Shown here piece after piece: positions 30,112 through 40,193 of a DNA stretch of 64,000 nucleotides. The DNA lies in contig OY764159.1 of assembly GCA_963668175.1 (NCBI GenBank), positions 1,248,001 to 1,312,000 on the forward strand, written 5' to 3'. Position 1 is the stretch's first letter, and every line of letters begins with the position of its first letter. The position numbers were made by a program, and so were the translations under genes. The notes beneath the pieces are model-generated. The model worked only from the letters and a program-made list of their open reading frames with translations. It ran no database searches and was not told the DNA's origin. This stretch comes from Syntrophales bacterium (GTDB lineage: Bacteria; Desulfobacterota; Syntrophia; Syntrophales; PHBD01).

Positions 30112-32007
30112 TTATTTATATTCGCTGCCGATTCTCTCCCTGCCGGCGATGAGCGGCATGGTCAGATTGTAGGATCCGTATTCCATAACGGCCCTCATCT
30201 GAAGATTCGATTTTTCGAGGACCCGCATCATGGACTTGTTGTCGGCGATGACGTCGGCCGTGAAGAACTGGATGCCCCGTTCCCGGGCCGTCTTGATGAG
30301 CAATTCCAGAAGGAAAAGCGCAATGCCCCGGCCCTGGTAGAGTTCGTCCACAACGAAGGCGATATCGGCGTAGAGGGGACGGTCGAGATGGCGGACATAT
30401 CGGCCTTCGGCGATGATCTTTTCCATGCCGTCCTGTTCGATCGTGGCCACGATGGACATGAATCGGCTGTAGTCCACATTGACGTAGTCCTGCATCTTGG
30501 GGTGGGGCATCGTCTTGATCGGGCTGAAATACCTGTAATAGACGGTCCGTTCCGAAAAGCGGTAAAACAGCCGCCTCATTTCCTCTTCATCCGAGGGCTT
30601 GATGGCCCTGAACTGGACGCTGAGCCCGCCTTTGAAGACGTGGCTGCAGGATATATCGTCGGGATACAGGGACCCCGATTCGGGGAGGTATTTCTGATCG
30701 GCGTAGAGGATATTGGCCTCCTTTGCCAACCGGACCAGCTCCGCCCTGTCTCCCGGGTGGGCGATGTCGATGATGGCCAGAGCCCGCTCGCGGAGGGACC
30801 GCCCCGTCATGGAGGCGACGCCGTATTCGGTGATGATGATATCCAGGGATTCCCGGTTGATGAACTGATTGGGGTAATCCTTTATGGAGGGGAGAATATT
30901 CGATTCGCCCCTGGCGTTGCGGCTGAACAGGGCAAATACGGCCCTGCTCCCGCGGGACGGCTGAATACCGGTGAATATTTCCTGGGCCTGGCCCGGTGAA
31001 GCCGTGACGTTGCTGATCCCGGCATGAAGGGCAACGCCCCCGGTCAGGTCCACTTTTCGTGCCGGGAGTATTGCCACCATCCGGTCGTTTATGGCGATTT
31101 TTGTCGGATCGGCAGTGACGTCGATTCCCTGGAATTCGACGAGAGGGTTGAGATGCAGCCATTTCATCAGCTCCGCGGTGCCGTGGGCGTAAGACGTCAC
31201 GGCCTTTCCGGGGAAAAATCCCTTCTTCCTGTTGGTTACCGCCCCGGATTTCATCAGGTCCATCAGGGCATCGTTGAAAATGCACGTGTGAATGCCCAGG
31301 TCCTTCTTTTCGGCCAAATGGCGTCCCAGGGCTTCGAAAAGCGATCCCGAAAAGAAGGAGATGCAGCTTCCATCCTCGATAACGGAGGCGATGTTCGCCG
31401 CCAGTTTATCGAACATGTCCGAGATGGGCCAGCGGGGAAAAAGGATAAGCGGTTCCGTCGCGTGGACAAAATAGTCGAATTCGCTCACATGAACAAACGT
31501 GTCTCCCATAGTGCACGGAACTTTATCATTGATCTCGCCGACCACCAGGGTTGCCTGCTTCATGGCGCTCCGGGCGACGTCGACGGAGACGCCGAGGCTG
31601 GCATAGCCTGCCTTGTCGGGCGGCGTGATCTGGATGAAGGCGGCATCGATGCGGATGGCCCCCGATTCGACCAATTTGGGAATCCGGCCGTAGCGGCAGG
31701 GGATGAGGTCGATGGACCCCGAGGTGATGGCCTCGTTCGCGACCCAGCCGGAAAAGAAAGTCTTCAACCGGTATTTATGTTTGTTGGTCTGATGGGAGAA
31801 GGAAATGGCGTCCCCGAGGCTGACAAGCTGGATCAGTTCCAGGTCGTTCAGGTTGCTCTTCTCTGAAGCCAGCAAATGCTTAACCAGGGTTCGGGGTTCC
31901 GAGACCCCGGTTCCCAGAAAGATGCTCATTCCCGGTTCAATCCTGGCTAGGACCTCATCAGGGGAAGCCACCTTTTTTTCCCAGTCGGAATCGTTGATGT
32001 CGAACAT
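30112..32007 (-). CDS. acetyl-CoA hydrolase/transferase-fold domain fused to a C-terminal GNAT acetyltransferase
   Basis: IEPGMSIFLGTG, TPPDKAGYASLGVSVD, ITEYGVA...RERALAIIDIAHP; GNAT part RAIKPSD...YYRYF...IAFVVDELYQGRGIA. Confidence 0.88.
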   Translation of the reverse strand: MFDINDSDWEKKVASPDEVLARIEPGMSIFLGTGVSEPRTLVKHLLASEKSNLNDLELIQLVSLGDAISFSHQTNKHKYRLKTFFSGWVANEAITSGSIDLIPCRYGRIPKLVESGAIRIDAAFIQITPPDKAGYASLGVSVDVARSAMKQATLVVGEINDKVPCTMGDTFVHVSEFDYFVHATEPLILFPRWPISDMFDKLAANIASVIEDGSCISFFSGSLFEALGRHLAEKKDLGIHTCIFNDALMDLMKSGAVTNRKKGFFPGKAVTSYAHGTAELMKWLHLNPLVEFQGIDVTADPTKIAINDRMVAILPARKVDLTGGVALHAGISNVTASPGQAQEIFTGIQPSRGSRAVFALFSRNARGESNILPSIKDYPNQFINRESLDIIITEYGVASMTGRSLRERALAIIDIAHPGDRAELVRLAKEANILYADQKYLPESGSLYPDDISCSHVFKGGLSVQFRAIKPSDEEEMRRLFYRFSERTVYYRYFSPIKTMPHPKMQDYVNVDYSRFMSIVATIEQDGMEKIIAEGRYVRHLDRPLYADIAFVVDELYQGRGIALFLLELLIKTARERGIQFFTADVIADNKSMMRVLEKSNLQMRAVMEYGSYNLTMPLIAGRERIGSEYK

Positions 32008-32071
32008 GTTTTTCCTTCTTTATCCGTTAGAGACAGACCCCTTTTCGCGTATGGCCGTTCCTGCCTCCATT

Positions 32072-32659
32072 TCATTTAAACCGAAAAGGTCCCTCGCAGA
32101 CGATCGCTGCCATTTCTTTCCGTGGAGATGGAAATTCCCTCGCCTGGAGATGTTCGGGAAGGTCCGCTTTCTTCCCGGGCTTGCCGACGGCAATCATGGC
32201 TTCTACCTGAAACGAATCGGGTACGTTGAGCGCCGCCCTGGCTCTATCGTAGTCGAAACCCTGCATGCCGTGGACGACGAGGCCTTTCAGAGATCCCTGA
32301 AGGGCCAGGTTCTCCCAGGCCGCCCCTGCGTCGTACGCGTGCGTGCGGGAATATTTATCGTTGTGGTCGAAAGTCGTCTTGGAGACGACGACCGCCAGCA
32401 CGGCCGCTTTTTCCGCCCAAACCTTGTTGGCATCGGTCAGGAGATCGAAAAAAAGGGGCCAATATTCGGAGTCCCTTGCTGCGTAAAGGAAGCGCCAGGG
32501 CTGATTGTTGTTGGACGACGGCGCCCAGCGGGCGGCCTCGAAGAGGGTGAACAGCTCTTCCCTGGTCAATGCTTCGCCCGACATCGCCCGGGGTGACCAG
32601 CGGTTGACAAAAAGCGGATCGCAATTGAATGAAGGTTTTCTGAATTCGCTTGTATCCAC
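32072..32659 (-). CDS. nitroreductase family protein
   Basis: RWSPRA, EAARWAPSSNNNQPWRF, DAGAA, HGMQGFD. Confidence 0.92.
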   Translation of the reverse strand: MDTSEFRKPSFNCDPLFVNRWSPRAMSGEALTREELFTLFEAARWAPSSNNNQPWRFLYAARDSEYWPLFFDLLTDANKVWAEKAAVLAVVVSKTTFDHNDKYSRTHAYDAGAAWENLALQGSLKGLVVHGMQGFDYDRARAALNVPDSFQVEAMIAVGKPGKKADLPEHLQAREFPSPRKEMAAIVCEGPFRFK

Positions 32660-32727
32660 GAATACCTCCTTTGATAACCGTGTCCATCGTAGCCGTATTT
32701 TAAAATTAGGTCAACCGCAGCTGATTG

Positions 32728-33591
32728 TCAATAATTTTCCGGATGTTGCGCTATGGTGTCCACAAGGGTATTGCTCAGATGACCGAATTCGACCGCGGAA
32801 AGCGTTTCCGCCCGCCGGACGCCGTCGATACCCGCCCGGGAGAGGGCCGAAGAAAGGCCTGCATCGCCGCCCGGAACCCTTAGGCTTTTGAGGTTGTTGA
32901 AAATGGTCTTTCTTCTCTGAGAAAAGGCCGTCTTCACGACGGTCGTGAAAAAGGTCTCGTCCGTCAGATGCGTGAGCGGTTCTTCACGGAAGTCAATCCT
33001 GATCACCCGGGACGTCACTTTCGGCTTGGGATAGAAGCAGGAAGGAGGAACGTCCGTCACGGGCGTGACGCGGGCGTACATGGCGACCGCCACGGTGGGG
33101 ATGCCGTAGTCCTTTGTCCCCGGCGATGCCCCCAGCCGCTCGGCCACTTCCTTCTGCAGCATGATGGTGATGGATCGGATCAGGCGGCGGAAATCCAATA
33201 AATGAAAGAGGATCGGCGTCGAGATGTTGTAGGGGATATTGCCGATGATATTCAATTTGCTGCCGGGCAATGCCGGCAGGGCGGAGGCCAGATCGAATGC
33301 AAGGATGTCGGCCCGCACGATGGTCAGGTTGTCGCGGGCCCGGAATGTCTGCTCCAGGATGTCGGCCATATAGGGGTCGATTTCGACGGCGATCACGGTC
33401 TTGGCTTTCTCGGCGATCAGCCCTGTCATGGTTCCCGGTCCCGGCCCGATTTCCACGACCGTATCGTCCGGCCGGATATCGGCCGCATCGACAATCCTGC
33501 CGATGATGTTGCGGTCCTGCAGAAAGGATTGGCCGTAACGTCTCAGCGGGCGGATGCCCCTGCTTTTCATGATCTTTTTCGGTGACGTCAT
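32728..33591 (-). CDS. rsmA: 16S rRNA m6(2)A dimethyltransferase
   Basis: GQSFL, VEIGPGPG, GNIPYNISTP, MLQKEVAER, AFSQRRKT. Confidence 0.97.
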   Translation of the reverse strand: MTSPKKIMKSRGIRPLRRYGQSFLQDRNIIGRIVDAADIRPDDTVVEIGPGPGTMTGLIAEKAKTVIAVEIDPYMADILEQTFRARDNLTIVRADILAFDLASALPALPGSKLNIIGNIPYNISTPILFHLLDFRRLIRSITIMLQKEVAERLGASPGTKDYGIPTVAVAMYARVTPVTDVPPSCFYPKPKVTSRVIRIDFREEPLTHLTDETFFTTVVKTAFSQRRKTIFNNLKSLRVPGGDAGLSSALSRAGIDGVRRAETLSAVEFGHLSNTLVDTIAQHPENY

Positions 33592-34037
33592 GATGTCTGC
33601 TTTCCCCTTATGATCCTGATGAAGCGGCGTGTCAGAAAATAGGCCGGTACGGCGAAGAACGGAGCCATGATCAGCCCGCCGATAAGCATGGGAACAAGGA
33701 TATGCGCGCCAAGTTCAAGAACGGAACCGATCGAATAATCGGCCAGGGCGAATGTGTCGTGTTCTATCCCGAGAAGATGCATGCCGAGCTCGTATTGCGA
33801 GTAATAGAGGATGGGGATTGTCACGGGGTTGGAAACGAGCCACGAACCGAGATAGGCGGCGCTCACATTTTGTCTGAAGGCGATACACGCGAAAATGATA
33901 AGGGCCGTATGGAACGGGATGGTCGGTGTAACGCCGATGAAGACGCCTATGGCAAGGCCCATGGCGATGGCCTTGGGTTCCCCCTGCAGACTGATGAAAC
34001 GGTCGTGAAATTGCCTGATCTTGTTTTTCAGGAGCAT
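33588..34037 (-). CDS. DUF2062 membrane protein
   Basis: PKAIAMGLAIGVFIGVTP, WLVSNPVT. Confidence 0.85.
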   Translation of the reverse strand: MLLKNKIRQFHDRFISLQGEPKAIAMGLAIGVFIGVTPTIPFHTALIIFACIAFRQNVSAAYLGSWLVSNPVTIPILYYSQYELGMHLLGIEHDTFALADYSIGSVLELGAHILVPMLIGGLIMAPFFAVPAYFLTRRFIRIIRGKQTS

Positions 34038-34077
34038 ACTTTATTCAAGGGAAGCGGATATGGCGCCCCAATGCGGC

Positions 34078-35085
34078 TCATCGGCCGCGTTCCACTTCCC
34101 AGCGCGAAACGGCATTGATGTCCAGAGTGTTACGTCTGCCCGCGGCCAGGAGATGATGCCCCATGACGGCGATCATGGCGGCATTGTCCGTGCAGAGGCT
34201 GATTGGCGGAATGAAAATATCGATCCCTCTTGCCGCCCCGTCGCTCCGGAACCGGTCCCGGAGGCGGCTGTTGGCGGCGACGCCGCCGCAGACGACAACC
34301 CGTGCGATGCCGGACGTCTCGGCCGCCCTCAGGGTCTTGTCGACGAGGACATCGACGATGGCCTCCTGGAAGCTGGCGACGACGTCATGACTTTCCGCAT
34401 CCGAGAGCGGGGCGGTCCGTTTCTTCATCATGGTCAAAAGAGATGTCTTGAGGCCGCTGAAACTGAAATCGAGGCTGTCCTTCATGGCCCGGGGGAAGTC
34501 GATGGCTTTGGGGTTACCCTTCTTGGCCATCCGGTCGATCACCACACCGCCGGGATATCCGATATCGAGGAGTTTAGCGGCTTTGTCGAAGGCTTCGCCC
34601 GCGGCGTCGTCCCGGGTCTGTCCTAAAAGCAGAAAGGATTCGAGGTTGTCCACACGGTAGATATTGGTATGCCCTCCCGAAACGACCAGGGCGATAAAGG
34701 GATATCCGGGGATATTCTCGGTGAGAAAGACGGAGGCGATATGCCCTTCCAGGTGATTGACGCCGACCAGGGGAAGGTTCCGGGCATAGGCATAGGCCTT
34801 CGCAAAGGAGAGTCCTACGAGCAGGGAGCCGACCAGCCCCGGTCCCCGGGTTACCGCGATTCCGCCGAGTTCCGCCCCGTCGACGCCTGCATCCTCCAAG
34901 GCCTGCGAAACGACCGGGACAATAGCCTCGATATGTTTCCGGGAGGCTATTTCCGGCACCACGCCGCCGTATTTCCTGTGGATGTCGATCTGCGACGCCA
35001 CGACGCTCGATAGCAGCGTTCGGCCGTCGCGTACGACGGAAGCCGCAGTTTCGTCGCAGGAAGATTCAATACCCAATATCAGCAT
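34078..35085 (-). CDS. tsaD: tRNA N6-threonylcarbamoyltransferase TsaD
   Basis: LGIESSCDET, GGVVPEIASRKH, HLEGH, VSGGHT, GEAFDK, TDNAAMI. Confidence 0.98.
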   Translation of the reverse strand: MLILGIESSCDETAASVVRDGRTLLSSVVASQIDIHRKYGGVVPEIASRKHIEAIVPVVSQALEDAGVDGAELGGIAVTRGPGLVGSLLVGLSFAKAYAYARNLPLVGVNHLEGHIASVFLTENIPGYPFIALVVSGGHTNIYRVDNLESFLLLGQTRDDAAGEAFDKAAKLLDIGYPGGVVIDRMAKKGNPKAIDFPRAMKDSLDFSFSGLKTSLLTMMKKRTAPLSDAESHDVVASFQEAIVDVLVDKTLRAAETSGIARVVVCGGVAANSRLRDRFRSDGAARGIDIFIPPISLCTDNAAMIAVMGHHLLAAGRRNTLDINAVSRWEVERGR

Positions 35086-35107
35086 TCGTTCACCATCGAA
35101 AAACCCT

Positions 35108-35155
35108 TTTACACAAGGAGCAAATGTCTATATAGAAATACGGACGGATTGTAAA
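35108..35155. promoter_or_regulatory. symmetric bidirectional sigma70 promoter for tsaD (-) and nadB (+)
   Basis: TTTACA-N17-TATAGA on both strands, centred on the palindrome TCTATATAGA (35127-35136). Confidence 0.55.
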
Positions 35156-35191
35156 TAACTTTTAGAAATGGGGCAAGCGGAGATAGAAGCC

Positions 35192-36823
35192 ATGGAGATT
35201 AAAACGGATTTTCTCGTGCTGGGCAGCGGCATTGCGGGATTGAGCTTTGCCATCAAGGCGTCGGCACTGGGATCGGTCGCCATCATCACGAAGAAGGAAA
35301 AATTCGAGTCGAACACGAATTACGCCCAGGGAGGGATTGCCGCTGTCCAGGCCGACGTCGACAGCTTCGAGTACCACATCCAGGACACGCTTAATTCAGG
35401 GGCCGGCCTCTGCAGGGAGGACGTGGTCAAATTCACCATAACCGAGGGTCCCGACCGGATTGACGAACTGGTGAAGTGGGGCGTCGAGTTTACCAAGGCC
35501 GAAGACCGCTTCTCGACCGTTTACGATTTGGGTAAGGAAGGCGGCCATTCCCGGAGGAGGGTCCTCCATGCCAAGGATCTGACCGGCCGGGAGATCGAAA
35601 GGGCCTTAAACGACCAGGCCGGCCGGAAGGGCAACATCACAATCTACGAAAATTTCATTGCCGTCGATCTGATCCTGGAGTCCGCCTGGTCGGGGGAAGG
35701 CAAGGACCCGGGCCGCTGCCTTGGCGCTTACGTCCTGGATATCGAAAACGATCAGGTCCATACCTTCCAGGCCAGGTTCACTATCCTCGCGACGGGCGGT
35801 GCCGGAAAAGTCTACCTCGTCACGACGAACCCCGATATCGCCACCGGGGACGGCATCGCTATGGCCTACCGGGCGGGGGCGAAAATTGCCAACATGGAGT
35901 TCATGCAGTTCCATCCGACCTGTCTTTACCATCCCGATGCCAAATCTTTTCTGATCAGCGAAGCGGTGCGAGGAGAAGGGGGCGTGCTGCGCCTGAAAAA
36001 CGGGGAGACCTTCATGGAAAAGTACCATACCATGAAGAGCCTCGCGCCCCGCGATGTCGTCGCCAAGGCGATCGACACCGAGTTGAAAAGGACGGGGGAC
36101 GAATATGTCCTTCTCGATATTACCCATAAGGACCGGGATTTCATCGTCAACCGGTTTCCGAACATCTATCGGAAATGTCAGGAGTTCGGAATCGATATGG
36201 CCACGGAGCCGATACCCGTAGTACCCGCGGCGCATTATCTGTGCGGCGGCGTCGCCGTCAATGCCTTCGGGGAAACCAGCATCGACCGCCTGTACGCCTG
36301 CGGCGAGGTCTCCTGCACGGGGCTGCACGGGGCCAACCGCCTCGCAAGCAACTCCCTGCTGGAAGCTGTGGTCTTCGCCCACCGCGCCTTCACGCGTATC
36401 GCCCGATTATATCCTGAAAACAAAGATACGTTTATAGCGGTCCCGTCCTGGGACCCGAAAGGGGCGAGGCAGAGCAACGAATCCGTCATCGTGTCGCACA
36501 ATTGGGACGAAATCAGGCGCTGTATGTCGGACTATGTGGGCATCGTGCGCACCGACAGGCGCCTGGAGCGTGCGGACATCAGGATTGACATGATCAGCCA
36601 CGAGATTGACGACTATTACCGGCGGTTCCTCGTGACAAAGGATCTGCTCGAACTGCGCAACATCGCCACGGTAGCCCAACTGATCATCCGCTGTGCAAGG
36701 TTGCGCGAAGAGAGCCGGGGGCTGCACTACAATATCGACCATCCCGAGACGGACGACGTCCATTACCGCAGGGACACGGTGATCAGCCGCCGGGATAGCA
36801 AAGCAGCCATCCGCCTGCCGTAA
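35192..36823 (+). CDS. nadB: L-aspartate oxidase
   Basis: GSGIAG, YAQGGIAA, EGGHSRRR, QFHPT, LISEAVRGEG, GLHGANRLASNSLLE, ESRGLH; start may instead be 35168. Confidence 0.96.
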   Translation: MEIKTDFLVLGSGIAGLSFAIKASALGSVAIITKKEKFESNTNYAQGGIAAVQADVDSFEYHIQDTLNSGAGLCREDVVKFTITEGPDRIDELVKWGVEFTKAEDRFSTVYDLGKEGGHSRRRVLHAKDLTGREIERALNDQAGRKGNITIYENFIAVDLILESAWSGEGKDPGRCLGAYVLDIENDQVHTFQARFTILATGGAGKVYLVTTNPDIATGDGIAMAYRAGAKIANMEFMQFHPTCLYHPDAKSFLISEAVRGEGGVLRLKNGETFMEKYHTMKSLAPRDVVAKAIDTELKRTGDEYVLLDITHKDRDFIVNRFPNIYRKCQEFGIDMATEPIPVVPAAHYLCGGVAVNAFGETSIDRLYACGEVSCTGLHGANRLASNSLLEAVVFAHRAFTRIARLYPENKDTFIAVPSWDPKGARQSNESVIVSHNWDEIRRCMSDYVGIVRTDRRLERADIRIDMISHEIDDYYRRFLVTKDLLELRNIATVAQLIIRCARLREESRGLHYNIDHPETDDVHYRRDTVISRRDSKAAIRLP

Positions 36824-36838
36824 ATCAGAACCGGCCGG

Positions 36839-38140
36839 TCAGGACGACGCGCCGAAGACCCGCTGGAAGATGAAGTCGACCTGTGTGAGGAAATTTTCCG
36901 TCCTGAAGACCTGGTCCAGTACGTCTTTTCCGATCAGGGCGCTTACCTTTGCGTCTTCCTCAAGAAGTTTTTTGAAGGGAATGCCCTCATGCCAGGATTT
37001 CATGGCGTTCTCCTGGACTGCGGCGTAGGCATCCTCCCTTGTCATGCCCTTGTCGATGAGCTTAAGCAGGACCATCTGGGAGAAGACGACGCCGTGGGTC
37101 ATTTCCAGGTTTCTCTTCATTTGGTCGGGGTAGACGACCAGTTTGTCGATCAGCCCCGTAAACCGGGACAGCATGAAATCCAGGAGTATCGTGGCGTCGG
37201 GACCGATGACCCTCTCGACCGAAGAGTGGCTGATGTCCCTCTCGTGCCAGAGTGCGACGTCTTCCAGGGCGGCAAGGGCGTAGGAGCGCATCAGGCGCGC
37301 GAGGCCCGAGAGATTCTCCGAGAGAACGGGGTTTCGCTTGTGGGGCATCGCCGACGATCCTTTCTGCCCCGGCGAGAAGTACTCTTCCGCTTCCCGGACC
37401 TCCGTGCGCTGCAGGAGGCGGATTTCCTGGGCAAATTTGTCGAGGGATGAGCCGATGATGGCGAGGGTGGCGAAGTACTCGGCATGGCGGTCCCGCTGGA
37501 CGATCTGGGAGGATACCGGGGCGGGTTTCAGCCCCAGCTTCCCGCAGACGTAGGTTTCGACGGCCGGGTCGATGAAGGAAAATGTGCCGACGGCCCCGGC
37601 GATCTTGCCGACGCTGATCGTTTCCCGGGCGCGGGCCAGCCGGTCGCGGTTCCGGGTCATTTCCTGGTGCCAGATGGCCATTTTGAGGCCGAAGGTAATC
37701 GGTTCGGCGTGAATTCCGTGGGAACGGCCGATCATCAGCGTTGTTTTATGTTGAAACGCTTTTTTCCTAAGGACGTCGATCAGGGCATCCAGGTCTTCAA
37801 GAAGGATATCTGCGGCCTCTTTCAAGAGGACCGCCAGCGACGTGTCGAGGATGTCGGAGGATGTGAGTCCCATATGGATGAAACGGCCGTCGGGGCCTAC
37901 TTTCTCGGTGACGGAGGTTAAAAAAGCGATGACATCGTGCTTCGTCTGGCGCTCGATCTCATCGATCCTGGCGATATCGAAGCCGGCCCGGGCCTTGATA
38001 GTGGCGAGGGCCTCGGCGGGGATGTCGCCCTTGGCGGCCATGGCCTCACAGGCCAGGATTTCGATGTCGAGCCACTTCTGATACCGGTTCTCCGGGCTCC
38101 AGACGGCGCTCATTTTCTCTCGTGAATAGCGGGGTATCAT
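36839..38140 (-). CDS. purB: adenylosuccinate lyase
   Basis: [41 protein letters not shown]. Confidence 0.98.
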   Translation of the reverse strand: MIPRYSREKMSAVWSPENRYQKWLDIEILACEAMAAKGDIPAEALATIKARAGFDIARIDEIERQTKHDVIAFLTSVTEKVGPDGRFIHMGLTSSDILDTSLAVLLKEAADILLEDLDALIDVLRKKAFQHKTTLMIGRSHGIHAEPITFGLKMAIWHQEMTRNRDRLARARETISVGKIAGAVGTFSFIDPAVETYVCGKLGLKPAPVSSQIVQRDRHAEYFATLAIIGSSLDKFAQEIRLLQRTEVREAEEYFSPGQKGSSAMPHKRNPVLSENLSGLARLMRSYALAALEDVALWHERDISHSSVERVIGPDATILLDFMLSRFTGLIDKLVVYPDQMKRNLEMTHGVVFSQMVLLKLIDKGMTREDAYAAVQENAMKSWHEGIPFKKLLEEDAKVSALIGKDVLDQVFRTENFLTQVDFIFQRVFGASS

Positions 38141-38369
38141 TTTCGTTCTCCTCGGGTGATATGGCTCACGTTTCTTAAGAAAAAATCACGCTACACCTTC
38201 TTCGATACCGCGTCAATACCTATCGTTCCCGCCGCCCGGGAAAGGCGCAGCGGTCATTTGTCCCGCGGTCATAGGGTGTTCAAAAGCCGGCCGGAGAATT
38301 GTCTTGATAAAATCCCGTCGCGGTTGTAGAAAAATCCATGGATTTATCCATAACGGAGGCTTAACAAAA

Positions 38370-39668
38370 ATGTATTGGGAAAAAGAGATTGAAACCATCG
38401 ACAGGCCGTCGCTTGAGGCCCTGCAACTGAAAAGGCTTAAAAGCACATTGAAACAGGCCCGGAAGTCCGTTCACTACAAAAGGGTATTTAAGGAGGCCGA
38501 TATTGATATCGAAAAGATAGAGTCGCTTGAAGACGTTGCCAAACTTCCCCTGACCATCAAGGACGATCTCCGGGAACAATGGCCGTACGGGTTCTTGGCC
38601 GTATCGAAGGATAAACTGGTCCGGATGCATTCCTCCTCGGGGACGACCGGGCGGGCGACGGTCATCTTCCATACGCAAAAGGACCTGAATGCCTGGACGA
38701 ACCTGGTCGCACGCTCGATGTATATGACCGGCGTCAGAAAAAGCGACGTCTTCCAGAACATGATGACCTATGGTCTTTTTACGGGGGGGCTTGGCTTCCA
38801 TTACGGAGCGGAGAAGATCGGCGCCCTCGTGGTTCCGGCAGGGGCAGGAAACAGCAAACGCCAGATCCAGTTGGCGAAGGATTTCGAGACGACGGCCGTC
38901 CACATCATTCCCAGTTACGCCATGCACCTGGCCACCGTCTTCGAAGAGATGGGAGTCGATCCGCGCCGCGACACCAAGATAAAGATGGCCTTCCTCGGTG
39001 CGGAACCCCATTCGGAGAAAATGAGAAACAGGATCGAGGAAATCTTCGGTTTCCAGGCGTTCAATTCCTACGGTCTGTCGGAAATGAATGGTCCCGGTGT
39101 GGCTTTTGAATGCCCCTATAAGAACGGACTTCATATCTGGGAAGACAATTTCCTGGTTGAAATTATCGATCCGAAGACGCTGAAACCTCTCCCCGACGGC
39201 GAAGAGGGCGAACTGGTCATGACGACGCTTCAGAGGGACGGGATGCCGATCCTCCGATACCGGACGAAGGACCTCACCCGGATCATCCCGGGAAAGTGCG
39301 CCTGCGGCAGGACCCACCGGCGGATCGAGCGGATCAAGGGCCGGACCGACGACATGATGATCCTGAAAGGGGTCAATATCTTCCCGATCCAGATTGAAAA
39401 GAAACTCATGGAAATCGAAGGCGTGGGCCGCAACTTCCAGATTATCCTGGAACAGGAAGGTTTCAACGATCACATGATCGTCAAGGTGGAAGTCGAAAAG
39501 GCGTTCTTCGCCGGCGATCTGAAGAAGCTGGAGGGGTTGAGAAAACGGATTGTCGAAGAATTGAAGAGCGACATCCTGATCACGCCCAAGGTCGATCTGG
39601 TGGAGCCCGACAGCCTGCCAAAGTCGGAAGGCAAGGCCGTACGGGTCATCGACAACAGGAAGGATTGA
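38370..39668 (+). CDS. paaK: phenylacetate-CoA ligase family protein
   Basis: HSSSGTTG, YGLFTGGLGFHYG, YGLSEMNGPG, RYRTKD, GRTDDM; ATG 38370 after GGAGG. Confidence 0.9.
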   Translation: MYWEKEIETIDRPSLEALQLKRLKSTLKQARKSVHYKRVFKEADIDIEKIESLEDVAKLPLTIKDDLREQWPYGFLAVSKDKLVRMHSSSGTTGRATVIFHTQKDLNAWTNLVARSMYMTGVRKSDVFQNMMTYGLFTGGLGFHYGAEKIGALVVPAGAGNSKRQIQLAKDFETTAVHIIPSYAMHLATVFEEMGVDPRRDTKIKMAFLGAEPHSEKMRNRIEEIFGFQAFNSYGLSEMNGPGVAFECPYKNGLHIWEDNFLVEIIDPKTLKPLPDGEEGELVMTTLQRDGMPILRYRTKDLTRIIPGKCACGRTHRRIERIKGRTDDMMILKGVNIFPIQIEKKLMEIEGVGRNFQIILEQEGFNDHMIVKVEVEKAFFAGDLKKLEGLRKRIVEELKSDILITPKVDLVEPDSLPKSEGKAVRVIDNRKD

Positions 39669-39728
39669 GAAGCGCCCCTCCCGGCGAGTACGAAAAACAT
39701 ATTTTACCCATCATGACAGGAGAGAACC

Positions 39729-40181
39729 ATGATTGCACAACAGCTTTCAATATTTGCCCAGAACCAGCCGGGACGGTTGGCGGCCGTGACCCAGATCCTG
39801 GCGGCGGAGAAGATCAACATCCGGGCGACGACGATATCCACGTCGGACACCTTCGGGGTGATCAATCTCATCGTCGATGATCCGGAGCGGGCCCGAACGG
39901 TGCTGACCAAGGCGGGACTGATGGTCCATTTGAGACAGGTCCTGGCCGTTCTTATCGAGGACCAGCCCGGCGGCCTGAGCAAGCTGACGCAGCTCCTTTC
40001 GAAGGAGAATGTCAATATCAACAACGCCTACGGTTTTGTTCTGGAAAGCAGGAAGAAGGCCGTCTTTGTCGTGGATGTCGACCAGATGGAGAGGGCTGAA
40101 AAGCTTGTGGAGGACATGGGTTTCAAGACTCTGGATTCGGCGGCCCTTTCGGCCGTGGAGCCTGTTTATTCACCTGCTTGA
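39729..40181 (+). CDS. tandem ACT domain protein
   Basis: QLSIFAQNQPGRL and EDQPGGL...NINNAY; commonly paired with paaK. Confidence 0.88.
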   Translation: MIAQQLSIFAQNQPGRLAAVTQILAAEKINIRATTISTSDTFGVINLIVDDPERARTVLTKAGLMVHLRQVLAVLIEDQPGGLSKLTQLLSKENVNINNAYGFVLESRKKAVFVVDVDQMERAEKLVEDMGFKTLDSAALSAVEPVYSPA

Positions 40182-40193
40182 AAAGGAGAAATT

